From Paracoccaceae bacterium (GTDB taxonomy: Bacteria; Pseudomonadota; Alphaproteobacteria; Rhodobacterales; Rhodobacteraceae): DNA of 64,000 nt. A program made the position numbers and the translations under genes. Each line of letters starts with the position of its first letter. The stretch's first letter is position 1. Of this stretch, positions 10,249-19,362 are shown piece after piece. Below the pieces are notes generated by a model that was given only the letters and a program-made list of their open reading frames with translations, was not told the DNA's origin and did no database searches. The stretch is taken from positions 29,288 to 93,287 of the forward strand of contig JBNKEH010000005.1 of NCBI GenBank assembly GCA_050288685.1. Direction: 5' to 3'.

Positions 10249-11292
10249 GTGAACAGCTACAAGATCGCGCTCATCCCCGGTGATGGCATTGGCAAGGACG
10301 TGACCGCAGCGGCCTGGCAGGTGCTGCAGGCGGCGGCAAAGCAGGGCGGTTTCGCCCTTGAGGGGACGGATTTTCCCTGGTCCTGCGCCTACTACCGCGA
10401 GACCGGGGCGATGATGCCCGAGGATGGGATCGAGACGCTGCGCGGCTTCGATGCCATCCTGCTGGGTGCGGTTGGCTGGCCTGCTGAGGTACCGGATTCG
10501 GCCTCGCTGCACGGGCTGCTCCTCCCGATCCGCAAGCAGTTCACCCAATATGCCAATATCCGCCCGCACCGGCTACTGCCCGGGGTCGAGGGGCCGCTGC
10601 GGGCTGAGGGGTTTGATATCCTCTGCATCCGCGAGAATACCGAGGGCGAATATTCCGGCGCCGGGGGCCGGGTGCATCAGGGCACGGCGGATGAGGTTGC
10701 GGTGGAAACCTCGATCTTCACCCGCACCGGGGTGGAGCGGATCCTGCGCTTTGGCTTCGAACAGGCGCGGCTGCGGAAGAAGAAGCTGGCTTCGGTCACC
10801 AAGTCCAACGCCCAGAAGCATTCGATGGTGTTCTGGGATGAGGTCACGCGCGAAGTGGCGAAGGACTATCCCGATGTCGAGGTGACACAGTACCATATCG
10901 ACGCCATCGCGGCGCGCATGGTCATGGCGCCGGACAGCCTTGATGTGATTGTCGCCTCCAACCTGTTCGGGGATATCCTCACCGATCTCGGGGCGGCGAT
11001 TCAGGGCGGGCTGGGATTTGCGGCCTCGGCCAATATCAACCCCGACCGCAGTGCGCCGTCGATGTTCGAGCCGGTCCATGGCTCGGCCCCCGATATTGCC
11101 CATCTTGGCATCGCCAACCCGATTGCCACGATCTGGTCGGGGGCGATGATGCTGGATCATCTGGGCGAGCGCGAAGCGGCGGCGGCGGTGATGTCGGCCA
11201 TCGAGGCGGTCACCGCGCAGGGGGTTGGCACGATCCCGGGGCAGGACCGGACGGAAACCATCACCCAGGCGGTGCTTGCTGCATTGAGCTGA
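10249..11292 (+). CDS. Tartrate/D-malate dehydrogenase family beta-decarboxylating dehydrogenase (TtuC/DmlA-like)
   Basis: IPGDGIGKDV, RENTEGEY, SNLFGDILTDLG and FEPVHGSAPDIA motifs. Confidence 0.85.
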   Translation: MNSYKIALIPGDGIGKDVTAAAWQVLQAAAKQGGFALEGTDFPWSCAYYRETGAMMPEDGIETLRGFDAILLGAVGWPAEVPDSASLHGLLLPIRKQFTQYANIRPHRLLPGVEGPLRAEGFDILCIRENTEGEYSGAGGRVHQGTADEVAVETSIFTRTGVERILRFGFEQARLRKKKLASVTKSNAQKHSMVFWDEVTREVAKDYPDVEVTQYHIDAIAARMVMAPDSLDVIVASNLFGDILTDLGAAIQGGLGFAASANINPDRSAPSMFEPVHGSAPDIAHLGIANPIATIWSGAMMLDHLGEREAAAAVMSAIEAVTAQGVGTIPGQDRTETITQAVLAALS

Positions 11293-11529
11293 TGCGGCAT
11301 TCTTCCGAGCCGACCCTCAGATAGACCTGCCCCCTGCAACACCTTGTAATCCCGCCGGTTTCACGCCTGAGACCAGCGGGATAGCTGCGTCTTGATATCG
11401 GGTGAGGCGGAGCAGGCCCCTTGGCCTGATTCATCCTTCGGGCGAAAAACGGCGGGTGAAACAGGCATTTGAAAGGACGTGCTGCGTTTTTCGGCGACTG
11501 GAGCGCCTTCTGCCGGATGGAACGGCATT

Positions 11530-11543
11530 GCAGCACATTCTGC
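11530..11543. promoter_or_regulatory. GCAG-N6-CTGC palindrome (putative island operator)
   Basis: GCAGCACATTCTGC upstream of the HAD operon, with related half-sites whose CTGC begins at 11482 and 11510 (28 and 30 bp phasing). Confidence 0.5.
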
Positions 11544-11597
11544 CAAATCCGCGCGGCTATGCTCAGTCAGGACAACAGTTTTGCAGGAGCTATCACC

Positions 11598-12266
11598 ATG
11601 GCCAACTTTCGCCCGAAATACGTGACCTTCGACACCCACGGGACGCTGATCAACTTCGAAATGGCCGGGGCCGCACGCGACCTCTACGGCCATCTTTTGG
11701 ATGAGCCGCGCATGGTCGAATTCATCAACAACTTCCAAGGCTATCGCTTCGACGAAGTGATGCAGGACTGGAAACCCTACGCCGACGTCGTGCACAACGC
11801 GCTGGAGCGCACCTGCCGCCGCAACAATATCGCCTTCCGCGCCGAAGATGCGGAAATGATCTACAAGCGCATTCCAAGCTGGGGGCCGCATGCCGATGTG
11901 CCCGCGGGGCTTGCTAAGCTGGCCAAGGAAATCCCGCTGGTGACCATCACCAACTCGATGAACGAGCAGATTCATTCGAACATCGCCAAACTCGGCGCGC
12001 CCTTCCATGCCGTTTTCACCGCCGAAGATGCGGGCGCCTACAAGCCGCATTTCAAGGCGTTCGAATATATGTTCGACATGCTGGGCTGCGGACCGGAAGA
12101 CGTGACGCATGTGTCGTCGTCGTTCCGCCACGACCTGATGTCGGCCTATGATCTGGGCATCAAGAGCAAGGTCTGGGTCAACCGTGGCCATGAACCGGCG
12201 AACCCCTTCTACGAATACACCGAGATCCGCGACGTGTCGGAACTGCCCGGCGTGTTCGGCATCTAA
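11598..12266 (+). CDS. HAD-superfamily hydrolase, haloacid dehalogenase type II-like
   Basis: TFDTHGTL (motif I), TNS (motif II) and YKP...HVSSSFRHDL motifs; AGGAG RBS before ATG 11598. Confidence 0.85.
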   Translation: MANFRPKYVTFDTHGTLINFEMAGAARDLYGHLLDEPRMVEFINNFQGYRFDEVMQDWKPYADVVHNALERTCRRNNIAFRAEDAEMIYKRIPSWGPHADVPAGLAKLAKEIPLVTITNSMNEQIHSNIAKLGAPFHAVFTAEDAGAYKPHFKAFEYMFDMLGCGPEDVTHVSSSFRHDLMSAYDLGIKSKVWVNRGHEPANPFYEYTEIRDVSELPGVFGI

Positions 12267-12281
12267 GAGGGATCTTTCACG

Positions 12282-13454
12282 TTGGCTGTCGGTCCCGCCT
12301 CCCCTCCCCTCGCTCCTGCAGGTCAGAGCGATAAACCTGCAGGTGCGAGGGGCACTCGTCAGCTCGGGGCAAGTGCCTCGACTGACGCCTTTTTTCGTGC
12401 TGCCTGTGCCAACCTGTCGGTGCGGCCCGATGCCCCGGAGCGGGACATTTCAGCGGATTTGCTGAAGCGCCATTATGGGCTGGAAGGGACGATCACGACC
12501 CTGTCTTCCGAAGTGGAGCGCACGGTCGAGGTCACCCTGCCGACCTCTCGCCGACTGATCCTGAAAACCTCGACGAGACCGGAAGCTGTCGACAGTTTCC
12601 GGTTTCAAAGCGCCGCTATGGCGCATCTGCATGCCACGGCCAATGTCGTGGTGCCTCGGGTGCTCTCGACCCGGAGCGATGCTCTGATGTTCGAGGAAGA
12701 CGGGGTTTGCGGCTATTTGCAGACCCGGATCGAAGGCACGCCATTGCATCAGGCGGCGCCCGCGCCGGAGCTGCTTTTCCAAACCGGCAGCGCGCTCGCG
12801 CGGCTGGATCGGGCGCTGGCGAAAGCCGAGCTGCCCACGGCGCATCGTCCGGTTCTGTGGAATATCGGCTGCTGGCCGCGGCTAATGGACCTGGCGCGGT
12901 ATCTTCCCGCCGGGAGCATTGCCGACAATGTTCGCGCTGCGATGGCGGACTATATGGGTTCGGTTGAGCCCCATATCGCCGATCTGGACTGGCAGATGAC
13001 CCATAACGATCCCAGCCCGCACAATATGATCGTGACCGAGCGGGGGCTGGGCTTCATCGACTTTGGCGATGGCGGCTGGAACCCCCGATTTCAGGATCTG
13101 GCCATTGCCGCCAGCCATGTCGTGACCGATCCGGCGCGTCCTCTGGGCGGGGCTGAATATCTGATTGCGGGCTATGCCTCGGTCCTGTCGCTATCGGCGC
13201 TGGAAGCGCGACTGCTTGCCGGAATGATGAAGGCGCGGCAAAGTGCGCTGATCCTGGTCAATTACTGGCGGGCGGAGCTTTTCCCCGCCGAGGCGGACTA
13301 TATCAAGAAGAACGTCGCACGGGCCGAGCGCGGCCTTTCGATTCTGGCCCCACTCGATGGCCCATCGGGCGAGGCGGCGGTTTTGGCGGCACTTGCCTTG
13401 CCGTCGCCAGAGGCCCCGGGCAGAGCCCTTCATCAGACAGGAAGATCAACATGA
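12282..13454 (+). CDS. APH/choline-kinase-fold phosphotransferase, hydroxylysine-kinase-like
   Basis: ILK, HNDPSPHN catalytic loop and IDFGD; coupled (ATGA overlap) to a class III PLP enzyme. The TTG start is uncertain. Confidence 0.75.
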   Translation: MAVGPASPPLAPAGQSDKPAGARGTRQLGASASTDAFFRAACANLSVRPDAPERDISADLLKRHYGLEGTITTLSSEVERTVEVTLPTSRRLILKTSTRPEAVDSFRFQSAAMAHLHATANVVVPRVLSTRSDALMFEEDGVCGYLQTRIEGTPLHQAAPAPELLFQTGSALARLDRALAKAELPTAHRPVLWNIGCWPRLMDLARYLPAGSIADNVRAAMADYMGSVEPHIADLDWQMTHNDPSPHNMIVTERGLGFIDFGDGGWNPRFQDLAIAASHVVTDPARPLGGAEYLIAGYASVLSLSALEARLLAGMMKARQSALILVNYWRAELFPAEADYIKKNVARAERGLSILAPLDGPSGEAAVLAALALPSPEAPGRALHQTGRST

Positions 13455-14788
13455 CCACCGACCTCATGCCCAACCGCTACCGGCCGGGCGAAATCGACCT
13501 GCCCGACCGCGAAGCCGAGCTGATCGCGCGCCGCGACAGCGTGCTTGGCGCCTCCTACCGGCTGCAATACCGCAAGCCGGTGCATTTCGTCCGGGGCGAA
13601 GGCATGTGGCTCTATGACCCTGACGGGCGGGCCTATCTCGACTTTTACAACAACGTGCCCTCGCTGGGCCATTGCCACCCGGAAGTGAACGCCGCCATGG
13701 CCGAACAGGCCGGGCGGATCAGTGCCAATACGCGCTATCTCGAACCGCGCCTTGTCGAGTATGCCGAACGGCTGGTCGAGACCTTCCCGGCCGAAATGGA
13801 CCGGGTGGTGTTCACCTGTACGGGCAGCGAATCCAACGATCTGGCCCTGCGGATCGCCCGCCATGCCAGCGGCAATGAGGGCGTGATCGTCTCATCCTAT
13901 GCCTATCATGGCACCAGTGCGGCGGTGGCGGCGGTTTCGCCCAATCTGGGCAACGCAGTGAAGCTCAGCCCCAATGTGCGGATGGTCGCGCTGCCGGGGC
14001 CTGCGGGCGTGCCCGAGGCGCAGGCGGCAGCGTTCTTTGAGGCGCAGGTGCGCGATGCCATTCACGATCTGAACCGGCGCGGTATCGGTGTGGCAGCGCT
14101 GCTGTTCGACAGCATCTTTTCCAGCGATGGCGTCTGGATCGACCCGCCCGGCTTCATTGCGGGCGCTGTTGAGGCGGTGCGCGAGGCCGGGGGCTTGGTC
14201 ATTGCCGACGAGGTGCAACCCGGCTTCGGGCGGACCGGCACTCATATGTGGGGGTTCGAGCGGCACGGGATCGTGCCCGACCTTGCCACGCTGGGCAAAC
14301 CGATGGGCAACGGCTTCCCGATCGGAGCCGTGGTCGGCCGCAAGGGACCGATGGAGAAGTTCGGCGCCATCGCCCGCTATTCCAACACCTTCGCCGGCAA
14401 CACGGTTGGTATCGCCACGGCGGATGCGGTGCTGACGATCCTGCAGCGCGACCGGATCTTGGACAATGCGCTGACCATGGGCCAACGCCTGCGCGACGGG
14501 ATGGAACGGATTGCCAGCCAAAAGACCGGCATTCGCGCGATCCGCCATGCGGGCCTGTTCCTTGGCGTCGATATCGGGAAGGATGGCGATGCCCCCGACG
14601 CGCGGCGCGCGATGGCCCTGAATGTGGTCAATACGATGCGCGACGATGGTGTGCTGATCAGCACCACCGGGGCCAACGAAGATACGCTCAAGGTGCGCCC
14701 GCCGCTCGTCTGTCAGGGCGAGCATGTGGAGCTGTTCCTTGCCGCGCTGGAGCGAACGATGGCAAAGCTGGCCGAACAAGCCGCCTAG
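13451..14788 (+). CDS. Class III PLP enzyme, AGXT2L/phospho-lyase-like (or aminotransferase)
   Basis: YLDFYNNVPSLGHCHP, TCTGSESNDLA, DEVQPGFGR and TLGKPMGNG (PLP lysine) motifs. Confidence 0.85.
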   Translation: MTTDLMPNRYRPGEIDLPDREAELIARRDSVLGASYRLQYRKPVHFVRGEGMWLYDPDGRAYLDFYNNVPSLGHCHPEVNAAMAEQAGRISANTRYLEPRLVEYAERLVETFPAEMDRVVFTCTGSESNDLALRIARHASGNEGVIVSSYAYHGTSAAVAAVSPNLGNAVKLSPNVRMVALPGPAGVPEAQAAAFFEAQVRDAIHDLNRRGIGVAALLFDSIFSSDGVWIDPPGFIAGAVEAVREAGGLVIADEVQPGFGRTGTHMWGFERHGIVPDLATLGKPMGNGFPIGAVVGRKGPMEKFGAIARYSNTFAGNTVGIATADAVLTILQRDRILDNALTMGQRLRDGMERIASQKTGIRAIRHAGLFLGVDIGKDGDAPDARRAMALNVVNTMRDDGVLISTTGANEDTLKVRPPLVCQGEHVELFLAALERTMAKLAEQAA

Positions 14789-14803
14789 AAACAGGCGCGG
14801 GGA

Positions 14804-15757
14804 TTACCTATCCCCGCGCGTTTTCGCCTGCTCCCGGATCAGCGCCTCGGCAATGTAGAGATCCTGCAGCGCGATGCCGGAGCTGTCATAGACGGTGATC
14901 TCTTCGTCCGAGAGCCGCCCCGGCGCGCGTCTTTCGATGACATCGCCGATCTGCGTCAGCTCGAGCTTGCCCGCCTCGATGGCCTCGCGCGCGTGCTGGA
15001 AATCGCCGATCTGAACGGATTGCGAGGACAGATCGCAGAACAGGCTTGCCCGCTGCAACAGCGCCACCGGCAATTCGTGTTTGCCCGGCGCGTCGGAACC
15101 CATGCTGACCACATGGCTGCCCGGCTTGACCCAGTCGGCCTCGAACAGCGCCTCTCGCGAGGGGGTCGCGGTGACGACGATATTGGCGCCGCGCACCGCC
15201 TCCTCGGCTGAAATCGCCCGCGCGGTCAGGCCACGCTCGGCAAGGGTCGCCACGAAAGTATCGCGGCGCGGCGAGGGACGAGCCACCACCAGAACCGTGT
15301 CGATGGGGCGGATACTTGCGAGGGCCGCCACTTCGAATAAGGCCTGATTGCCCGCGCCAAAGATCGCCAGCACCCGGGCGTCCTTGGGGGCCAGCAGATC
15401 GGCGGCGACCGCATCGGACGCGGCGGTGCGGTAAGCATTGACCTGCCCGGCCTCGATCACGGCGCGCAGCTGGCCGGTGTTCTGATTGAGCAGCACGATG
15501 GTGGAATTGTGCCGGGGCAGACCCCGCTCCGGATTGCCGGACCAGAACGAGCCGACCTTCACGCCGGTCAAGGCATCCGACCAGCCGGATTTGACCGAGA
15601 AGGTATTGCCCGGATCGCAGGAGCGGCCCAGCACCGCCGGAAACACCCCGCTATGCCCCGAAGCCGCAGCCGCCAGCGCCTCGCGCGCCGCCGTATAGGC
15701 AAGCTCATGGCTGACGAGGCCCGCCGATTCCTCTTCGCTGATATAAATCACTGTCAT
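14804..15757 (-). CDS. Ornithine cyclodeaminase/mu-crystallin family (imine reductase-like)
   Basis: RTAASDA, GAGNQA, MGSDAPGKHE and YDSSGIALQD motifs; AGGAGG RBS before ATG 15757. Confidence 0.88.
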   Translation of the reverse strand: MTVIYISEEESAGLVSHELAYTAAREALAAAASGHSGVFPAVLGRSCDPGNTFSVKSGWSDALTGVKVGSFWSGNPERGLPRHNSTIVLLNQNTGQLRAVIEAGQVNAYRTAASDAVAADLLAPKDARVLAIFGAGNQALFEVAALASIRPIDTVLVVARPSPRRDTFVATLAERGLTARAISAEEAVRGANIVVTATPSREALFEADWVKPGSHVVSMGSDAPGKHELPVALLQRASLFCDLSSQSVQIGDFQHAREAIEAGKLELTQIGDVIERRAPGRLSDEEITVYDSSGIALQDLYIAEALIREQAKTRGDR

Positions 15758-15861
15758 TTCCTCCTGCGTCTGCTGGCTCGCCCCCCTTTGCAAGCCGCGC
15801 CAAGGCGCCTGTTGGTGAGCACTCATTTGTCCCCCGATTGGCGCCGCCTTTTATGCTGAGA

Positions 15862-15929
15862 GGCCGGGCAGAACGAATGATCCTGCCGAGTTGGCCGGGC
15901 AAAACAGCAGTGAAAACGGCAGGCCGGGC
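15862..15929. promoter_or_regulatory. Three phased GGCCGGGC repeats (15862, 15893, 15922) plus a GCAGTGAAAACGGC site (15907) in a divergent promoter region
   Basis: Repeat spacing is 31 and 29 bp. The 15907 site matches the palindrome at 30663 at 11 of 14 positions. Confidence 0.4.
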
Positions 15930-15985
15930 GCCAAGCTGTCGGGAAAGGGAAACGCGATCCTGAGACTTCGAAAGGCACCTCGGCA

Positions 15986-16846
15986 ATGGCTATTGAGGCG
16001 AAACAAAAGACACATGACGCGCAGGCGGACCTGACGACCTTCGAAGCGCGGCATCTGCCGGGCGCGTTGAAGCTGTCGCAAGAGATGCGCTGGCCCTATC
16101 GGCTGGAAGACTGGGACTTCGCGGCGGCGGCGGGCCAGGGTGTGGCGCTGGAGCGGGATGGCGCGCTGCTCGGCACCGCCCTGTGGTGGCCCTATGGCCA
16201 GAACCATGCCAATGCCGGGATGATCATCGTGACCGGCAGCGAACAGGGCCGTGGCTATGGCGCGCTGTTGTTCGACGCGCTGCTGGACGCGACCGAGGGG
16301 CGCAATGTGTCGCTGTGCTCCACCAAAGAGGGGCTGGCGCTTTACAAGCGGCGCGGCTTTGTCGAGCTGGGCACCATCGTTCAGCATCAGGCGCCGCTTG
16401 AGCAGGCTGTTGAGGGCGGCGACGGCGTGCGGCTGGCGAATGCCACCGACATCCCCGCGATTCAGGACTTCGACCGCAAGGCCACGGGCCTCGACCGGGG
16501 GCCGCTGGTGGCGGCCTTGGTTCGGGTCGGCCGCGTTGCGATCATCGACGGCGCGGGCGGCATCACGGGCTATTCGATCGCCCGCAGGTTCGGGCGCGGC
16601 TATGTGGTTGGCCCGGTTGCCGCCGAAAGCACCGAAGACGCCAAACGCCTGATCCTCGAACAGCTTGCGGTGTTGCAGGGGCAATTCGTGCGCATTGACG
16701 TTCATGACGAACATGGGCTGAGCGATTGGCTGATAAGCCTCGGCCTGCCGCGCACCGATCAGGGCACTGCCATGGTCAAGGGCCAGCCGCCGCAACCTGA
16801 CGGGGCTGCGCGCATGTATGCGCTGGCCAGCCAGTCTCTCGGCTAA
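15986..16846 (+). CDS. GNAT family N-acetyltransferase with YitH-like second domain
   Basis: QGRGYG acetyl-CoA motif, STKEGLALYKRRGF and GYVVGPVAA; paralogous to 30851-31726. Confidence 0.85.
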   Translation: MAIEAKQKTHDAQADLTTFEARHLPGALKLSQEMRWPYRLEDWDFAAAAGQGVALERDGALLGTALWWPYGQNHANAGMIIVTGSEQGRGYGALLFDALLDATEGRNVSLCSTKEGLALYKRRGFVELGTIVQHQAPLEQAVEGGDGVRLANATDIPAIQDFDRKATGLDRGPLVAALVRVGRVAIIDGAGGITGYSIARRFGRGYVVGPVAAESTEDAKRLILEQLAVLQGQFVRIDVHDEHGLSDWLISLGLPRTDQGTAMVKGQPPQPDGAARMYALASQSLG

Positions 16847-16864
16847 CACAAGGAGCACGGGAAG

Positions 16865-18034
16865 ATGACGCTACAGAACAAAATCTCTGGACCGGCAGCA
16901 ACAATCGGTGACCTCGTTACCCCGGCGCTGCTGCTGGACCGCGCAAAGCTGGAGCGCAACACCCGGCGCCTTGCAAGCCGCGCTGAAGAGCTTGGGGTGG
17001 TGCTGCGCCCGCATATGAAAACGGCCAAAAGCATCGAGGTTGCCAAGATCGTCTTTCCCGACGGCCCCGGTCCGATCACGGTTTCCACCATCGCCGAGGC
17101 GGAATATTTCGCGAGCCACGGCTATCGCGACATCACCTATGCGGTGGGCCTGTCGCCCGCCTCTGCCCTGCGCGCGCTGGAGCTTTGCGCCCGCACCGGC
17201 GCCGAGGTGAAGCTGCTGCTCGATAGCACCGAGCAGGCCGATGCCTTGGCGGCGGTACGCGAGGCCAGTGGCGTGGTGCCCTCGGTGCTGATCGAGCTGG
17301 ATTGCGACGACCATCGCGGCGGCTTGAAGCCGGACGATCCGCTGCTGATCGAGGTGGCGGACAGGGTTGTGGCCGCCGGTGCCGCTCTGGCCGGTGTGCT
17401 CGCCCATGCAGGCGAGTCCTATGGGCTGAACTCGCAAGAGGCGCTGGTGAAGGCGGCGGAGAATGAGCGGCAGGCCACGGTGCGCGCCGCCGAGATCTTG
17501 CGCGCACACGGCCATGCCTGCCCGATTGTCAGCGTTGGCTCGACCCCGACCTCGCATTTTGCCGAGAACCTCGACGGCATCACCGAGCTGCGTGCGGGCG
17601 TCTATATGTTCTTTGACCTCGTCCAGCATGGGGTCGGCGTCTGCACGCTCGACGATCTGGCGCTGTCCGTGCTGGCCACGGTGATCGGCACCAAGCCCGA
17701 AAAGGGCTGGGTGCTGGTCGATGCGGGCTGGATGGCGCTGTCGCGCGACCGGGGCACTGCAAACCAGACAGTCGATCAGGGCTATGGTGTTGTCTGCGAC
17801 GAAAGCGGGCGGGTGCTGGACGATGTGATCGTGGCCGAAGCCAGCCAGGAGCACGGGATCCTGAAGATCCGCAAAGGCTCGGGCAAGGCCATGCCGGAGC
17901 TGCCGGTTGGCACAAAGGTCAGGATCCTGCCCAACCATGCCTGCGCGATGGCCTCTCAGCATGAAATCTATGGCGTGGTCGATGGCGCAGACCCCGAGAT
18001 TTTGGCGCGCTGGCCACGGATCCGCGGCTGGTAG
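16865..18034 (+). CDS. DSD1-family (fold III) PLP enzyme, D-threo-3-hydroxyaspartate dehydratase/D-serine dehydratase-like
   Basis: LRPHMKTAKS (PLP lysine), SVGSTPT, RAGVYMFFDL, DAGWMALSRDRG, QEHG and ILPNHAC (metal ligands). Confidence 0.85.
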   Translation: MTLQNKISGPAATIGDLVTPALLLDRAKLERNTRRLASRAEELGVVLRPHMKTAKSIEVAKIVFPDGPGPITVSTIAEAEYFASHGYRDITYAVGLSPASALRALELCARTGAEVKLLLDSTEQADALAAVREASGVVPSVLIELDCDDHRGGLKPDDPLLIEVADRVVAAGAALAGVLAHAGESYGLNSQEALVKAAENERQATVRAAEILRAHGHACPIVSVGSTPTSHFAENLDGITELRAGVYMFFDLVQHGVGVCTLDDLALSVLATVIGTKPEKGWVLVDAGWMALSRDRGTANQTVDQGYGVVCDESGRVLDDVIVAEASQEHGILKIRKGSGKAMPELPVGTKVRILPNHACAMASQHEIYGVVDGADPEILARWPRIRGW

Positions 18035-18063
18035 CGGGCAGAGCCCATTCCGACGCCCCTGAA

Positions 18064-19362
18064 ATGACAACTTTGACGGTGGATGATATGAAACTGACCC
18101 CCTACTGGCTCGATACATCCGAGCCGTTCAACCAAAGCCCCTCCGCCCCTCTCTCAGGCCGCTACGATGTGGCCGTGGTGGGTGGCGGTCTCACCGGAGC
18201 CTCTGCCGCGCTGGCCCTCGCCAAGAAGGGGGCCCGCGTTGCCGTGCTTGAAGCCACATCGATCGGCAATGCCGCTTCGGGGCGCAATGGCGGCATGTGC
18301 AACAACGGCTTTGCCCAAGACTATGGCTCCATGGTGGGCAAGTTCGGCAAGGAAAAGGCGAACGCCTTCTACAAGGCCTTCGATTCCGGCGTCGATCTGG
18401 TCGAGACGCTGGTGCGTGAGGAAGGCATCGATTGCAACTTCGCGCGCGTCGGCAAGCTGAAGCTGGCCGCAAAGCCCGAACATTACGACAAGCTGGCCCG
18501 CGCCCAAGCCCTCCTGTCCGAGGTTGCCGATCCCGACACAAGGCTGATCGCGAAATCCGACCTGCACAATGAAGTCGGGACCGACCGCTATCACGGCGGG
18601 CTTCTGTTCCCCAAAAGCGCCCAAATGCATGTGGGCCGCTTTGTTCGGGGTCTCGCGAGTGCAGCGGCGCGGCATGGGGCGGATATTTACGAACAGGCCC
18701 CGGTTACGGGGCTGCGCAAGGTCGTTGGCGGCCATGTGGTGGATACGCCCAAGGGCAAGATCACCGCGCGGCAGGTGCTGCTGGCCAGCGGCATCTCGCA
18801 GGTTGGCCCGCTGGGCTGGGTCCGCCGCCGCATCGTGCCGGTGGGCGCCTTCCTGATCGTGACCGAGCCGCTGGCGCCGGAGCAGATTGCCCGGCTGATG
18901 CCGACGGGGCGCAATGTGGTCGATACCCGCAACCTCGTCGTCTACTGGCGGCTGACGCCGGACAATCGGATGCTGTTCGGCGGGCGGGCGCGGTTTGCTG
19001 GGTCCAATCCGCAATCCGACGAGAAAAGCGGCCGGATCCTTCAGGCGACGATGGCGAATGTCTATCCCGAGCTTGCCGGGGCGCGGATTGATTATTGCTG
19101 GGGCGGGCTTGTGGACATGACCCGCGACCGCCTGCCCCGTGCCGGCGAGCGCGACGGCATCTTCTATTCCACCGGCTATAGCGGCCACGGCACCCATATG
19201 GCCACGCTGATGGGCCATGTCATGGCCGATGTCATGGACGGCAAGCCACAGCTGAACCCCTGGAAGGATTTCAACTGGCCCGCGATCCCCGGCTATTTCG
19301 GCAAGCCCTGGTTCCTGCCGGTGCTGGGCGCCTACTACAAAATGAAGGACCTCGTGACATGA
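18064..19362 (+). CDS. FAD-dependent amine oxidoreductase, PuuB/OrdL (DAO) family
   Basis: PYWLDT, VVGGGLTG, ASGRNGG, YCWGG and GYSGHG motifs. The start could be 18088. Confidence 0.88.
   Translation: MTTLTVDDMKLTPYWLDTSEPFNQSPSAPLSGRYDVAVVGGGLTGASAALALAKKGARVAVLEATSIGNAASGRNGGMCNNGFAQDYGSMVGKFGKEKANAFYKAFDSGVDLVETLVREEGIDCNFARVGKLKLAAKPEHYDKLARAQALLSEVADPDTRLIAKSDLHNEVGTDRYHGGLLFPKSAQMHVGRFVRGLASAAARHGADIYEQAPVTGLRKVVGGHVVDTPKGKITARQVLLASGISQVGPLGWVRRRIVPVGAFLIVTEPLAPEQIARLMPTGRNVVDTRNLVVYWRLTPDNRMLFGGRARFAGSNPQSDEKSGRILQATMANVYPELAGARIDYCWGGLVDMTRDRLPRAGERDGIFYSTGYSGHGTHMATLMGHVMADVMDGKPQLNPWKDFNWPAIPGYFGKPWFLPVLGAYYKMKDLVT

Noticed and set aside
14804-18034. Possible beta-hydroxyaspartate cycle (bhcABCD)
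   Set aside because: There is no class V aminotransferase, fold-II dehydratase or IclR regulator, and the gene order differs.
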